A stretch of 62,196 bases of DNA, filler included, from Deltaproteobacteria bacterium (GTDB lineage Bacteria; JAEEML01): assembly GCA_016283195.1 (NCBI GenBank). It is 5 parts of 5 records of this genome, joined end to end, with 100 filler letters (N's around TTAATTAATTAA, not from the genome) between each part and the next. Parts side by side here need not be neighbours in the genome. Positions count along the whole stretch, not along the records: positions 16,534 to 33,841 come from JAEEML010000015.1; 4 more parts are not named here. The stretch is one strand, 5' to 3'. This document shows positions 20,995 through 31,367 of the stretch, one piece after another (position 1 is the first letter of the stretch; each line of letters begins with the position of its first letter). The translations under genes and the position numbers were made by a program. The notes under the pieces were generated by a model that was given only the letters and a program-made list of their open reading frames with translations, did no database searches and was not told the origin of the DNA.

Positions 20995-22440
20995 ATGGAC
21001 GACAAAGAGGTTATAACCCCGAGAAGTAAAGATTATTCACAGTGGTACCTGGATGTGGTACGCGCCGCCGATATGGCCGAGGTGGCCGAGGTAGTAAAAG
21101 GCTGTATGGTGATTAAACCGCACGGCTACGCTATTTGGGAAAAAATCCAGCGCGAGCTCGATGATCGCTTTAAAGCGACCGGCCATCATAATGCCTATTT
21201 TCCGCTCCTCATCCCCGAGAGCTTTATGCGCAAAGAAGCCGACCATGTGGAGGGCTTTGCCCCGGAAGTGGCGGTTGTCACCCATGCCGGCGGCAAAAAG
21301 CTGGAAGAGCCTTATGTCATTCGCCCAACCAGCGAAACCATCATCGGCTACTTTTTTGCCAAATGGATTGAGAGCTGGCGCGATTTGCCCTTAAAAGTTA
21401 ATCAATGGGCCAATGTTATGCGCTGGGAGATGCGTACCCGCCTATTTTTGCGCACCGGCGAGTTTTTGTGGCAGGAGGGGCACACCGCCCACGATAACCA
21501 CGAAGAGGCCAAAGAAGAAGTAATGCGCATGCTGGATGTCTATGCCGATTTTGCCGAAAATGTCATGGCTATGCCGGTGATAAAAGGACAAAAGAGCGAG
21601 CATGAAAAATTTGCCGGCGCTGTCTCTACTTTTTGCATCGAAGCTATGATGCAAGACGGCAAAGCCCTCCAGGCCGGCACCAGCCACGATTTGGGCCAAA
21701 ATTTCGGCAAAGCCTTTGATGTTACCTTCCAAAATAAAGAAGGCAAGCTCGATTATGTCTGGCAGACCTCTTGGGGCGTCTCAACCCGCCTCATCGGCGG
21801 CCTCATTATGACTCACTCGGACGATAACGGCCTGGTATTGCCGCCAAAACTCGCCCCCATCCAGGCAGTAATTATCCCCGTTTGCCAAAAAGAGGCCGAT
21901 AAAGAGCGGGTGATGGCGGCGGCAAATGCCCTCTTTAGCGAGCTGAAAGGCGCCGGCGTGGCGGTGAAACTTGACGACCGCGACTACCTGCGCCCCGGTG
22001 CCAAATATTACGAATGGGAGCGCAAAGGTGTCTGCCTGCGCATAGAACTCGGCCCCAAAGATTTGGATAAAAACCAAGTGGTCATCAAGGGGCGCATCGC
22101 CGAGAAGAAGGAATTCATCCCCCGCGAAAATGCCCTAAATGTGGTACTCAATATGCTGGCCGATATGCAAAAAGAGCTCTTAAGCCGGGCTAAAGCCTAC
22201 CGCGATGCCAATATTGTGAGCGATATAGCGGATTACAAGGGCCTCTCTGACCTCTTTGCCAAAGAGAACAAATTTGTCTATGCCAACTGGTGCGGGAGCC
22301 CGGCCTGCGAAGCCAAAATCCAAGAAGAAAATAAAGCTACTATCCGCTGCATTCCCCTTATTGGCAGCGAGCCCACCGGCCCCTGCGTCTGCTGCGGCGG
22401 AGAGGGCAAACACCGCGTCTATATTGCCAAATCGTACTGA
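20995..22440 (+). CDS. proS: prolyl-tRNA synthetase (archaeal/eukaryote-like type, no INS domain)
   Basis: [39 protein letters not shown]-terminal Zn motif and terminal AKSY. Confidence 0.96.
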   Translation: MDDKEVITPRSKDYSQWYLDVVRAADMAEVAEVVKGCMVIKPHGYAIWEKIQRELDDRFKATGHHNAYFPLLIPESFMRKEADHVEGFAPEVAVVTHAGGKKLEEPYVIRPTSETIIGYFFAKWIESWRDLPLKVNQWANVMRWEMRTRLFLRTGEFLWQEGHTAHDNHEEAKEEVMRMLDVYADFAENVMAMPVIKGQKSEHEKFAGAVSTFCIEAMMQDGKALQAGTSHDLGQNFGKAFDVTFQNKEGKLDYVWQTSWGVSTRLIGGLIMTHSDDNGLVLPPKLAPIQAVIIPVCQKEADKERVMAAANALFSELKGAGVAVKLDDRDYLRPGAKYYEWERKGVCLRIELGPKDLDKNQVVIKGRIAEKKEFIPRENALNVVLNMLADMQKELLSRAKAYRDANIVSDIADYKGLSDLFAKENKFVYANWCGSPACEAKIQEENKATIRCIPLIGSEPTGPCVCCGGEGKHRVYIAKSY

Positions 22441-22573
22441 TTAACCGCCATAAGTTACCGGCCGCTGCCAAGCGGCAGCAAATAACTACTTGCTAAATAG
22501 TTGCCATTTGGACTATTAGATATGATTGAGTTTGTTTTGTTCGTTTGATTTTACGAATAAAAGGAGGTTCAAA

Positions 22574-23974
22574 ATGAAGAAAACAGCTTTAATATTGTCG
22601 CTCGCTTTGGCGCTTTCGACCGCCAGCGGGTGTAAAGACGAAAAGAACAATGGGTCGAACAACAACAACAACAACAACCAGCAACAGAACAACAACAACA
22701 AGCCAAAAGAGGATGTTGGTTTTTGTGCCGAGCTTACCGATTTTCCCCAAGCTATGTGCTTTAAGAACGGCGATGAGTGCGACAAAGTCGGTGCTAAAAC
22801 TACCAGGTGTTCAAGCGAGGAGAGTACCACAGAGCCTGGAACTTTAAAGTGGTACTCGGATACATATGTGTGCGTGGCCAGTAATAAAGGCAACGTCTTT
22901 GCTTATAGCGGTGATTACAAATCTTGTGAAAACGGTTGCGATGAAAGCACCGGCCTCTGCAATGGCAGCAAAAAGGCCAAAAGCATAGCCCCGGTAGTCG
23001 ATGCCAATAGCGATGCCAATAGCGATGCTAATAGTGATGCTAATAGCGATACCCCAAGCGGCAAAATCAAAGCGGGCGACCCCTGCAATATTGAAACAGA
23101 TGATGATATTTGCCAAGATAACAAGGCCTATTACTGCTCTTCGAATGGCTGGACTTTAGATGCCGACTGTTCTGATGCCCAAAAGTATGGCGCCGGCATG
23201 CAATGCGCTGTATTTGAAGAATTAGTGTTCATCTTCACGATGCCGGTAGCCGGTTGTCATAAACCTTGTAACCAAGGTGACCCGAGCATTGGCGGCTGCG
23301 CTCTTGATGAAGAAGCGTCTGCAGAGTATGGTGAACTTATATATTCAGCTGATGTCTCTACCTGCTCACAAGCTATGAATGACGGCAAATATTATTATGC
23401 TGAGACCAATGAGTACTGTGAGCATGGTTGTACAGCCGATAACAAAGCCTGCCTCATGTATGACCCGGATGAAGGTAACGATTGCGAATATGGCGACTAT
23501 GTTGAGCGCTGTAACGAAGAAGGCTATGTCGTCTACTGCTACCCAGGCATGTTCGGCGACACTGTTGTTGCCACGAAGTGCGATACCGGTTATTCCTGCC
23601 GTAAAATGGCCGATGAAAACTATGCCGATTGCACCAAACCTTGTACCGAAAACAGTGACGTTAATTTTGATTGCGCAGATTATACCAAAGACTATGGTTT
23701 GCACCTTCTGATCGATTCATCTTGCGTTAAAACTACTAATGGCGATTGGGCACTATTCCATGATGATGAAGAGCCGGAATATTGCTCCAGCTGTGCCGAC
23801 GGCAAATGCACTATTACCGATGCCGATAAGGGCATTAGCGCCAAAGCCGGTGCCGCTTGCAATCCGTATCTGTTCGCCCAAAGATGTGACGCTGATATGG
23901 CTATGCTCTGCAACACCAACGAAGCTGAAACTGCTTATGAAGTGCAAGGAATAGACTGCACAAAAATCAAATAG
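22574..23974 (+). CDS. Cys-rich modular lipoprotein (probable paralogue of 14742-15854)
   Basis: RBS AGGAGG, lipobox ASGC, poly-Asn tether, repeated GxxC..[FY].[EQ]RC..C modules. Confidence 0.82.
   Translation: MKKTALILSLALALSTASGCKDEKNNGSNNNNNNNQQQNNNNKPKEDVGFCAELTDFPQAMCFKNGDECDKVGAKTTRCSSEESTTEPGTLKWYSDTYVCVASNKGNVFAYSGDYKSCENGCDESTGLCNGSKKAKSIAPVVDANSDANSDANSDANSDTPSGKIKAGDPCNIETDDDICQDNKAYYCSSNGWTLDADCSDAQKYGAGMQCAVFEELVFIFTMPVAGCHKPCNQGDPSIGGCALDEEASAEYGELIYSADVSTCSQAMNDGKYYYAETNEYCEHGCTADNKACLMYDPDEGNDCEYGDYVERCNEEGYVVYCYPGMFGDTVVATKCDTGYSCRKMADENYADCTKPCTENSDVNFDCADYTKDYGLHLLIDSSCVKTTNGDWALFHDDEEPEYCSSCADGKCTITDADKGISAKAGAACNPYLFAQRCDADMAMLCNTNEAETAYEVQGIDCTKIK
22658..22699 (+). repeat. 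(AAC)7-CAGCAACAG-(AAC)4 coding microsatellite
   Basis: read directly; encodes N7QQQN4. Confidence 0.9.
23000..23050 (+). repeat. 12-bp tandem repeat GATGCYAATAGY x4 (DANS)
   Basis: four adjacent near-identical units in an inter-domain linker. Confidence 0.92.
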
Positions 23975-24020
23975 TTTTCTCCTCCGCTGCTAAAAAAAAT
24001 AATCTCCACAAAAAAAAGTC

Positions 24021-24049
24021 TTGACAAGCCAAAACTCTTAGTATAGAAG
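24021..24049 (+). promoter_or_regulatory. probable tRNA operon promoter
   Basis: A-rich UP-like tract, TTGACA, then TATAGA with slightly short spacing. Confidence 0.5.
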
Positions 24050-24066
24050 AGGCCTCACCAACTGAC

Positions 24067-24143
24067 GGGGTAGTAGTTAAGTTGGTTATAACGACGGCCT
24101 GTCACGCCGTAGGCCGCGGGTTCGAGTCCCGTCTGCCCCGCCA
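24067..24143 (+). tRNA. tRNA-Asp(GTC), copy 1
   Basis: acceptor GGGGTAG/CTGCCCC, anticodon loop CT-GTC-AC, TTCGAGT, G73, CCA. Confidence 0.96.
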
Positions 24144-24179
24144 TTTTTCCTCAGTTGGTTGTTCTTTTTAATCTGCTAC

Positions 24180-24256
24180 GGGGTAGTAGTTAAGTTGGTT
24201 ATAACGACGGCCTGTCACGCCGTAGGCCGCGGGTTCGAGTCCCGTCTGCCCCGCCA
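24180..24256 (+). tRNA. tRNA-Asp(GTC), copy 2 (identical)
   Basis: same 77-nt sequence as copy 1. Confidence 0.96.
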
Positions 24257-24286
24257 TTTTTCCCTTTCTGGATGTATTCCATAAGT

Positions 24287-24362
24287 GGGGCTGTAGCTCA
24301 GTTGGGAGAGCGCGGCGTTCGCAATGCTGAGGTCGAGAGTTCAAACCTCTTCAGCTCCACCA
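24287..24362 (+). tRNA. tRNA-Ala(CGC)
   Basis: acceptor GGGGCTG/CAGCTCC with G3:U70, anticodon loop TT-CGC-AA, CCA. Confidence 0.93.
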
Positions 24363-24466
24363 ATTTTTTCTCATAATAATAATTACGCCAATTTTGATTG
24401 ACAAATAAGCCCTTTTCCCCACATATTGCCTCCTTTGTGCTAAAGGCACAAAAGGGAGTAAGCACC

Positions 24467-26068
24467 ATGTCAAAAGCTATCGCTAAAATTATTTTCATCA
24501 CTTCTCTAATACTACCGGCCGCTGCTCTGGCCTGTACCAATATTTTGGTAACAAGAGAGGCCACAAGCAGTAATTCCACCATGATTACCTATGTTGCCGA
24601 CTCACACGATTTATACGGTGAACTCTATTTTTACCCCGCCTCAACACACCGCGAAGGCAGCAGTTTAACCGTTTTTGACTGGGATAGCGGCAAAGCGCTC
24701 GGGCAAATAAAAGAGGCGGCCAAAACCTACCGTGTCGTGGGCAATATGAATGAACACCAAGTGGTTATTGCCGAAACCACCTTCGGCGGCCGGGAAGAAT
24801 TGCAAAATCCTGCCGGCGGTATCGACTACGGCTCTTTAATGTATATCACATTACAACGGGCGGCTACAGCGAGAGAAGCTATTAAAATAATTGATGAACT
24901 CACTAAAGAATATGGCTATGCATCTTCCGGCGAATCCTTTTCCATCGGCGACCCCAATGAGGTTTGGTACATGGAACTCATCGGCAAGGGGCCGGGGAGC
25001 AAAGGCATTGTTTGGGTAGCCCGCAAAGTACCGGCTGGCTATGTAAGCGCCCACGCCAATCAGGCACGCATTACCACCTTTCCGCTCAAAGATCCCGATA
25101 CTCTTTACTCGCCAGATGTCATCTCCTTTGCGCGCGAAAAAGGCTATTTCAAAGGCAAAGATCGCGCCTTTAGCTTTGCCGATGCCTATGCCCCGCTGGA
25201 TTTTGGAGCTCTCCGCGCCTGCGAAGCCAGGGTGTGGAGTATCTTTCGCCGGGTAAATCCAAAAGAAAAGCTCTCTCTGGAATATGTCATGGGCAATTCC
25301 AAAGCGCCGCGCTTGCCGCTCTGGATAAAACCGGAAAAGCCGCTGACAACAGCCGCTGTTTTTGCCCTCATGCGCGACCATTTTGAGGACTCACCCATGG
25401 ATTTGCGCGCTGGCGTGGGCGCTGGCCCCTTTGCCCTGCCCTATCGCTGGCGCCCCATGACCTGGAAACTGGACGGCAAGGAATATTTTCACGAAAGAGC
25501 CATTTCCACTCAGCAAACCGGCTTTTCTTTTGTGAGCCAGAGCCGAGCGGATTTGGCCGATTTGGTGGGCGGCTTGCTCTGGTTTGGCGTGGACGATACT
25601 TTCGGCACCGTTTATATGCCAATGTATAGCTCTATTGATGAGGTGCCGCCGGCCTTGGCCGTGGGCACCGCCGACTTTCACCGCTTTAGCTGGGATTCGG
25701 CTTTTTGGCTTTTTAATACTGTAAATAATTTTAGCTACTTACGCTATAGCGACATGATAGGCGATATCATAAAAGCCCAAAGCGAACTGGAGGGACTCTT
25801 TTTAGGACGGCAGGCAGAAATAGAAGCGGCGGCCGTACAAAAAATGAGCGTCTCCCCTTATGAAGCGCGAAAATTTTTAACTGCTTATTCCAAGGAGAGC
25901 GCCAATCTGGTGATGGAGCGCTGGCATAAACTTTTGCCGGAGCTCATCATGAAATACATGGATGGCAATGTGCGTAATGAAAAGGGCGAGGTAACACACC
26001 CGCGCTATCCTGATAGCTGGTATAGAGCCATCGTAAAAGAAGCGCCGGAACGCTACCTTGTGCCTTAA
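24467..26068 (+). CDS. secreted C69-family dipeptidase (Ntn hydrolase)
   Basis: signal peptide ending ALA|CTN, GNMNEHQVVIAETTFGGR, SAHANQARI, PYRWRPMTW, ERAISTQQT. Confidence 0.9.
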   Translation: MSKAIAKIIFITSLILPAAALACTNILVTREATSSNSTMITYVADSHDLYGELYFYPASTHREGSSLTVFDWDSGKALGQIKEAAKTYRVVGNMNEHQVVIAETTFGGREELQNPAGGIDYGSLMYITLQRAATAREAIKIIDELTKEYGYASSGESFSIGDPNEVWYMELIGKGPGSKGIVWVARKVPAGYVSAHANQARITTFPLKDPDTLYSPDVISFAREKGYFKGKDRAFSFADAYAPLDFGALRACEARVWSIFRRVNPKEKLSLEYVMGNSKAPRLPLWIKPEKPLTTAAVFALMRDHFEDSPMDLRAGVGAGPFALPYRWRPMTWKLDGKEYFHERAISTQQTGFSFVSQSRADLADLVGGLLWFGVDDTFGTVYMPMYSSIDEVPPALAVGTADFHRFSWDSAFWLFNTVNNFSYLRYSDMIGDIIKAQSELEGLFLGRQAEIEAAAVQKMSVSPYEARKFLTAYSKESANLVMERWHKLLPELIMKYMDGNVRNEKGEVTHPRYPDSWYRAIVKEAPERYLVP

Positions 26069-26159
26069 GCAAAAAAGTATTAACCAAAAAGCTTAGATAG
26101 TGTAGAGAAAATCTTGCCTGACACTGTCTGCTGTCAGCGCTTTGGAAATGGAGCAAATA

Positions 26160-27926
26160 ATGCCGAATCATTCTTTAAAACAAGAACTGGCCGCCATGGC
26201 CCGCAGTGCCTTTAACGCCGCCGGTTTTATAACCGATCAGCCCATTGAAGTGCTTGATTCCCAGCGCCCGGAACTGGGGCAATTTCAATGCAACAGCGCT
26301 CTCGCTCTGGCTAAAGCCTTTAAAACCAGTCCTAGAGCCATTGCCGATAAAGTGTGCCCTATTTTGGCGGAAAAGCCGCAAATTGCCGCTGTCAGTGTTG
26401 CCGGCCCTGGCTTTATTAATATCACTCTGAGTGATGACTTTTTGGCCCAAAGCTCACTGGAACTCGCTAAAGATCCGGCTGCAATCTGCGGCGGCGAGCA
26501 CCATAGTCAAAAGGTGGTCATCGACTACGGCGGCCCCAATGTGGCCAAGCCCATGCATGTAGGCCATTTGCGCTCTTCGGTCATCGGCGAGTCTTTAAAA
26601 AGGCTGCTCCGCTTCATGGGCGATGATGTCACCGCCGATATCCACATGGGCGACTGGGGCACCCAAATGGGTATGCTTATATATGAGGTAAAGCGTCTTC
26701 ATAGCGACCTGCCCTATTTTGCCGACCCTCTGCCGGAGAGTTTTCCGGCCGAATCACCGGTAACTATTGATGATTTAAATAAAATGTATCCAGAAGTAAG
26801 CGCCCGTTGCAAAGAGAATCCGGAAGAAATGGCCGCTGCCCACGAAGCCACCGCCAAGCTCCAGGCCGGCCACCCCGGTTACCGCGCCCTTTGGCAACAT
26901 TTTAGGGATATCTCCATAGCCGCTCTAAAGGCCGATTTTGGCGCTCTTGATGTCTCTTTTGACCTCTGGAACGGCGAGAGCGATGAGCACGAGCACATTC
27001 CTCCGATGCTGAAAAAACTAAAGGAGGAAGGGCATCTGATAGAGAGCGACGGCGCTTTAGTAGTGCCTGTTGAAGAAAATGGCGACAATCTCCCGCCTCT
27101 CCTCCTGGTAAAATCCGATGGCGCCTATCTTTATGGCACCACCGATCTTTCCACCATAAACGAGAGAGTGCAAAAACTTAGAGCCGAGGATATTATCTAT
27201 GTAGTTGATAAGCGCCAGGCACTCCACTTTACTCAGGTTTTTCGCGGCGCAAAAAAAACTGGCATTGCCCCCGATACCAAGCTTGAGCACATTGCTTTCG
27301 GCACCGTCAACGGCCCAGATGGCAAGCCTTTTAAGACCAGGGCCGGCGGCGTGATGAAATTGCAAGATCTCATCGCTCTCGCCATAAACGAAGCCGCTAA
27401 AAAGATGGCCGAAGCCAATATTGCTCAAGAACTGGATGAAGCAGCCAGAGAGGAAACGGCACGTATGGTGGGCATTGCCGCGCTGAAATTTGCCGATTTA
27501 AGCCATTATCGCCTCTCTGATTACTCTTTTGATGTGGATAAATTTACCACTTTTGAGGGCCACACCGGCCCATATCTCCTCTATAATGCCGTGCGCATTA
27601 AATCTATTTTGCGCCGCTCGCCGCGCCCGGCGGCGGTGGAAAAACTCCTGCCTCCGCAGACGGAAGCTGAGCGCTCTTTGCTGCTCACTTTGCACCACCT
27701 GCCGGAAAAGGTGCGCGAGGCTTACGCGGGCCGCGTGCCGCATATTCTCTGCGACCAGGCCTATGATGTGGCCAAAGCCTTCAGCCATTTTTACAAAGAG
27801 TGCCACATTTTGAGCGAAAGCGACGAAAAGCGCCAGGATTCGCTGCTCGCCCTTTGCCTGCTCACTCTCAAGCAGCTGGAACTTCTGGCGGGCCTTTTGG
27901 GTATAAAGATTCCAGAACGTATGTAA
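26160..27926 (+). CDS. argS: arginyl-tRNA synthetase
   Basis: AGPGFIN, PNVAKPMHVGHLRS, GDWGTQMG, PFKTR, C-terminal PERM; start could be 26148. Confidence 0.96.
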   Translation: MPNHSLKQELAAMARSAFNAAGFITDQPIEVLDSQRPELGQFQCNSALALAKAFKTSPRAIADKVCPILAEKPQIAAVSVAGPGFINITLSDDFLAQSSLELAKDPAAICGGEHHSQKVVIDYGGPNVAKPMHVGHLRSSVIGESLKRLLRFMGDDVTADIHMGDWGTQMGMLIYEVKRLHSDLPYFADPLPESFPAESPVTIDDLNKMYPEVSARCKENPEEMAAAHEATAKLQAGHPGYRALWQHFRDISIAALKADFGALDVSFDLWNGESDEHEHIPPMLKKLKEEGHLIESDGALVVPVEENGDNLPPLLLVKSDGAYLYGTTDLSTINERVQKLRAEDIIYVVDKRQALHFTQVFRGAKKTGIAPDTKLEHIAFGTVNGPDGKPFKTRAGGVMKLQDLIALAINEAAKKMAEANIAQELDEAAREETARMVGIAALKFADLSHYRLSDYSFDVDKFTTFEGHTGPYLLYNAVRIKSILRRSPRPAAVEKLLPPQTEAERSLLLTLHHLPEKVREAYAGRVPHILCDQAYDVAKAFSHFYKECHILSESDEKRQDSLLALCLLTLKQLELLAGLLGIKIPERM

Positions 27927-28004
27927 AACTCCTAGCCAAATGGCTAATTACCTATTAAATTATGATTTAGCCGCTTCCGGCTTTTCTTCTGACTGAGGTT
28001 GTTT

Positions 28005-28889
28005 ATGGAAGAACAAACAGTAGTAGGCTTTGAGCTCCCAACAAAAAACTTAAAAAATCTTGCTGAAATAGATTCCTGCCTGGTGGAAATCCACGGCAAC
28101 AGCCTGGGCAAGAGGTACAATTTGGAGGAGGAGGCCTTCATCGGCCGGGGCGAAGAAAATACCATCGTGCTGGATATGGACACCGTCTCGCGCAGCCATG
28201 CCTCCATCACCCGCAAGATGTATGGCAAATATGAGATTGAAGATCTCATGTCCACCAACGGCACCTATGTGAACGATCAGCTCATTGAGGAAAAGGCCAC
28301 TTTAAAGCACAAAGACCGCATCAAAGTTGGCCAAACAGTATTTCGCTTTATCTCCGGGCCCAATTTAGAAACCCTTTATTATCAAGAAGTATATGACTGC
28401 TTTGTGCGCGACGGCCTAACAGGCGCCTATAAGCAGCATTATCTGGTGGATAATCTCATCAGAGCCGTAGCCCGCTCCAGGCGCCACAATCGCCCGCTCT
28501 GCCTCGCTGTGCTGGGCGTGGATGATTTTATCGGCATCACTGATGATATGGGGCGCATGGCTGCCGACAAAGTGCTGAAACAAGTGGCCGACGAGCTGGA
28601 AAAGTTTTTAAACCCCGATGAAATGGCCGCCCGGGCCCACAATGAGCAATTTGATATTCTTTTGGAAGAATACACCATAGAAGAAGCCGAAAAGCGCTTA
28701 AACGATTTGCGCGCTCATCTGGAAGAGCTCGATTTTGGCTTTGAGGACGATGCCTTTCAAATCACTGTTTCTATTGCCGTACAGGCTCTTCCGGCCAATG
28801 TCACCCGCGGGCCGGAGTGGATTTTAAAATTGCAAGAAGTTTGCCACTCTCTCTCCAATAGCGGCGGCGCTACAGTTAAGGTTATTTGA
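28005..28889 (+). CDS. FHA domain plus degenerate GGDEF domain protein
   Basis: FHA IGRG..VSRSHA..STNGTYVN; DGLTG; GGDEF position reads HNEQF. Confidence 0.85.
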   Translation: MEEQTVVGFELPTKNLKNLAEIDSCLVEIHGNSLGKRYNLEEEAFIGRGEENTIVLDMDTVSRSHASITRKMYGKYEIEDLMSTNGTYVNDQLIEEKATLKHKDRIKVGQTVFRFISGPNLETLYYQEVYDCFVRDGLTGAYKQHYLVDNLIRAVARSRRHNRPLCLAVLGVDDFIGITDDMGRMAADKVLKQVADELEKFLNPDEMAARAHNEQFDILLEEYTIEEAEKRLNDLRAHLEELDFGFEDDAFQITVSIAVQALPANVTRGPEWILKLQEVCHSLSNSGGATVKVI

Positions 28890-30663
28890 TTTCTCCAGAA
28901 TTTGGCTCTACCTGGCGATAATTCTTATTTAATTCATGCCAGGTAATGGCTACGAGTATAAGGCCAACTACCAGCAGGATAGAGCCCAGGATATATTCCC
29001 CAAAGAGCAGCTTTCCGACGCCAAAAAGCAAAGCATAAATGGCCGCCGCTCCGGCTATGGTAAGAAGCAGTAAAAGGCCAAGAGATGGCGCCTTGGGCTG
29101 TTTCTCCGTTACTTTAGCCGCTATAGGCTGCCAAAAACCGGGCGGATTCACCAGGCGGTAAAAATTGACCAGATGCGGAGCATCGGCCTTTACTTTCCAG
29201 ATGTAAATAGCGGCAACAGAGGCTATAGTGGAAAGCATGGCCGTGATAAAAAGCTTATAATGGAATGGCAGAATTAAAAATGCTAACTTATCGGCAATAT
29301 AGAAGAAAATTGTGGTAATAGTGGCAACAATCATAGCGGCCAGCTCGCTTTCGGCATTGGTGCGCCAAAAGAGCCAGCGCATAATCATAGCGGCGCCCCA
29401 GCCGGCTCCCAGCTGGAAGAAAATTTCCCAGCCGCTTTGAATGCTCTCCATGGAAAGAGCCAAAATAACAGCCAAAATAGTCATGATTAAAAGAGCTAAT
29501 CTGGAAACTCGCACCAGCTCTTTATCGCTGGCCTTCGGCCGAAAAAAGCGCTGATAAATATCGCGCACCAAGTAAGAAGTACCCCAGTTGAGATGAGTAT
29601 CAATAGTGGACATAAAAGCGGCAAGCAGCGAGCAGATGACGAGCCCCTTAAAGCCGGCCGGGAGCAGAGTCATAATGAGCATGGGATAAGTGGCTTCCCT
29701 ATCAAGGTCGGGAAAATCGGCTATAGGAAAGATGATGAGAGCGCAAAGAGCCACCAAAATCCAGGGCCAGGGGCGGATGGCATAGTGGGCAATACTAAAC
29801 CAAAAAGTGGCCTTGGAAGCGGCGGCGCCGTCGCGGCTTGCGCCCATGCGCTGCACAAAATAGCCGCCGCCATCGGATCCCTTTTGGCACCACCACTGGA
29901 TGCCAAGGTAAATAAAGAGCGCGGAGAGGGGCATCCAGCTGCTATCAGATGTAGGGAAAAATGATAATATTTCCGCCGAGTTTGCATAATGTGTTTTTAA
30001 AGCCGGCGCCAGATTATTAAGGCCGCCCACCGCTTTTAAAGCATAAAAAGCCATAATGAGCGAGCCCAAAAGGCCCAGCAAAAATTGCACTAAATCAGTG
30101 GCGATTACCGAAACCAGGCCGCCCATAATGCTATAGAGCATAGCAAAAAGCACCAGCGTAATCAGGACAATAGCGGCCATAGTCTCATCAGCGCCGCAAA
30201 TAGCCATGATGATTTTTTTCATGGCTAAAATAACCCAACCCATGGTGATTATGTTGAATACCAGAGAAAAATAGAAGGCCTTTACCGACCTGAGCACGGT
30301 GGCCGGCCGGTGCTTTGGGCCGTAGCGCAATTCAATAAGCTCGGCATCGGTAATGACGCGGCTGCGGCGCCAGAGGGGGGCAAAAATAACGGCCGCCATA
30401 ATATGGCCGATAGCTAAATTCCACCAAAGCCAGTTACCGGCAATGCCGTTTTTGGCCACCGCCCCAGTTACCCAAAGCGGAGTATCGGCAGCAAAAGTGG
30501 TGGCCACCATGGAAGTGCCGGCGAAAAACCAGTTGACTCTGCGGCCGGCCAAAAAGAATTCATCAATTCCCTTTGAAGCATGGCGGCTGCCTAAAAAGCC
30601 AATAATAATAGTTAAGAACAAATAGGCGGCTATAATGATTATATCTATAGGAAGAAGGTGCAT
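28882..30663 (-). CDS. sodium:solute symporter (SSS family)
   Basis: FFLAGR, SMVATTFAADTP, YFVQRM, AAFMSTIDTHLNWG, many TM helices. Confidence 0.92.
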   Translation of the reverse strand: MHLLPIDIIIIAAYLFLTIIIGFLGSRHASKGIDEFFLAGRRVNWFFAGTSMVATTFAADTPLWVTGAVAKNGIAGNWLWWNLAIGHIMAAVIFAPLWRRSRVITDAELIELRYGPKHRPATVLRSVKAFYFSLVFNIITMGWVILAMKKIIMAICGADETMAAIVLITLVLFAMLYSIMGGLVSVIATDLVQFLLGLLGSLIMAFYALKAVGGLNNLAPALKTHYANSAEILSFFPTSDSSWMPLSALFIYLGIQWWCQKGSDGGGYFVQRMGASRDGAAASKATFWFSIAHYAIRPWPWILVALCALIIFPIADFPDLDREATYPMLIMTLLPAGFKGLVICSLLAAFMSTIDTHLNWGTSYLVRDIYQRFFRPKASDKELVRVSRLALLIMTILAVILALSMESIQSGWEIFFQLGAGWGAAMIMRWLFWRTNAESELAAMIVATITTIFFYIADKLAFLILPFHYKLFITAMLSTIASVAAIYIWKVKADAPHLVNFYRLVNPPGFWQPIAAKVTEKQPKAPSLGLLLLLTIAGAAAIYALLFGVGKLLFGEYILGSILLVVGLILVAITWHELNKNYRQVEPNSGEIK

Positions 30664-30670
30664 TTTTTAG

Positions 30671-31363
30671 TTAGCCAAATATCTTTTGCCAAAAAGAGGT
30701 CTTAGGTTGCTGGGGCGGTTCTACTGGCTCACAGGACCTGTCATTGGGCTCTACGCTCGCGCTCCTCGGCATAGCTTTTCTCTTAGTGAGAATAAGACCA
30801 TTTTCCTGCTGATACGCGGAAAGAGCCAAAAGCAGGTGATAAGTAGCTTCGGCATCGCCAAAAGCGCGGTGTTTGGCCTCATTAGTCAGCGAAAAATAAT
30901 CGAGCAAATCGCTCAGGCGGTAATGGGGGAGCCCCGGCAGCAAGAGACGCGCAATTTGCAATGTATCAATATAAATATTCTCTAATTTTGGCAGGTTAAG
31001 GCGCCGGGCCGCCATATTGACAAAGCGGATATCAAAAGGCACATTGTGGCCCACTAAAACGGCACTCCCGGCAAAAGAGAGAAAATTCGGCACCACATCG
31101 GCTACAGCGGGAGCGTCGGCTACCATATCCGGCGAAATGCCGGTGAGCTCAGTGATTTGCGGAGAAATAAGGCCTTTAGGCTTTATAAGCGAGGCAAAGC
31201 GCCCCGTAAGCACCCCTTTTTCAACCTTCACGGCAGCTATTTCAATAAGCTCGTTATGCTCGGGATTTAGACCGGTAGTTTCCACATCGAAAACCACGAA
31301 AGTATCAACCGCAGCCAGAATCCTATCGCCGCTATCGGCCAGCCGCAACCAGTTTGCGCTCAT
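30671..31363 (-). CDS. DEDDh 3'-5' exonuclease (DnaQ/PolC-exo-like)
   Basis: FDVETTG, GHNVPFD, DTL, HRAFGDA. Confidence 0.9.
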   Translation of the reverse strand: MSANWLRLADSGDRILAAVDTFVVFDVETTGLNPEHNELIEIAAVKVEKGVLTGRFASLIKPKGLISPQITELTGISPDMVADAPAVADVVPNFLSFAGSAVLVGHNVPFDIRFVNMAARRLNLPKLENIYIDTLQIARLLLPGLPHYRLSDLLDYFSLTNEAKHRAFGDAEATYHLLLALSAYQQENGLILTKRKAMPRSASVEPNDRSCEPVEPPQQPKTSFWQKIFG

Positions 31364-31367
31364 GGTT

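Noticed and set aside
22658..24362. Repeats considered as a CRISPR array
   Set aside because: They are coding microsatellites and duplicated tRNAs with no repeat-spacer periodicity and no cas genes.
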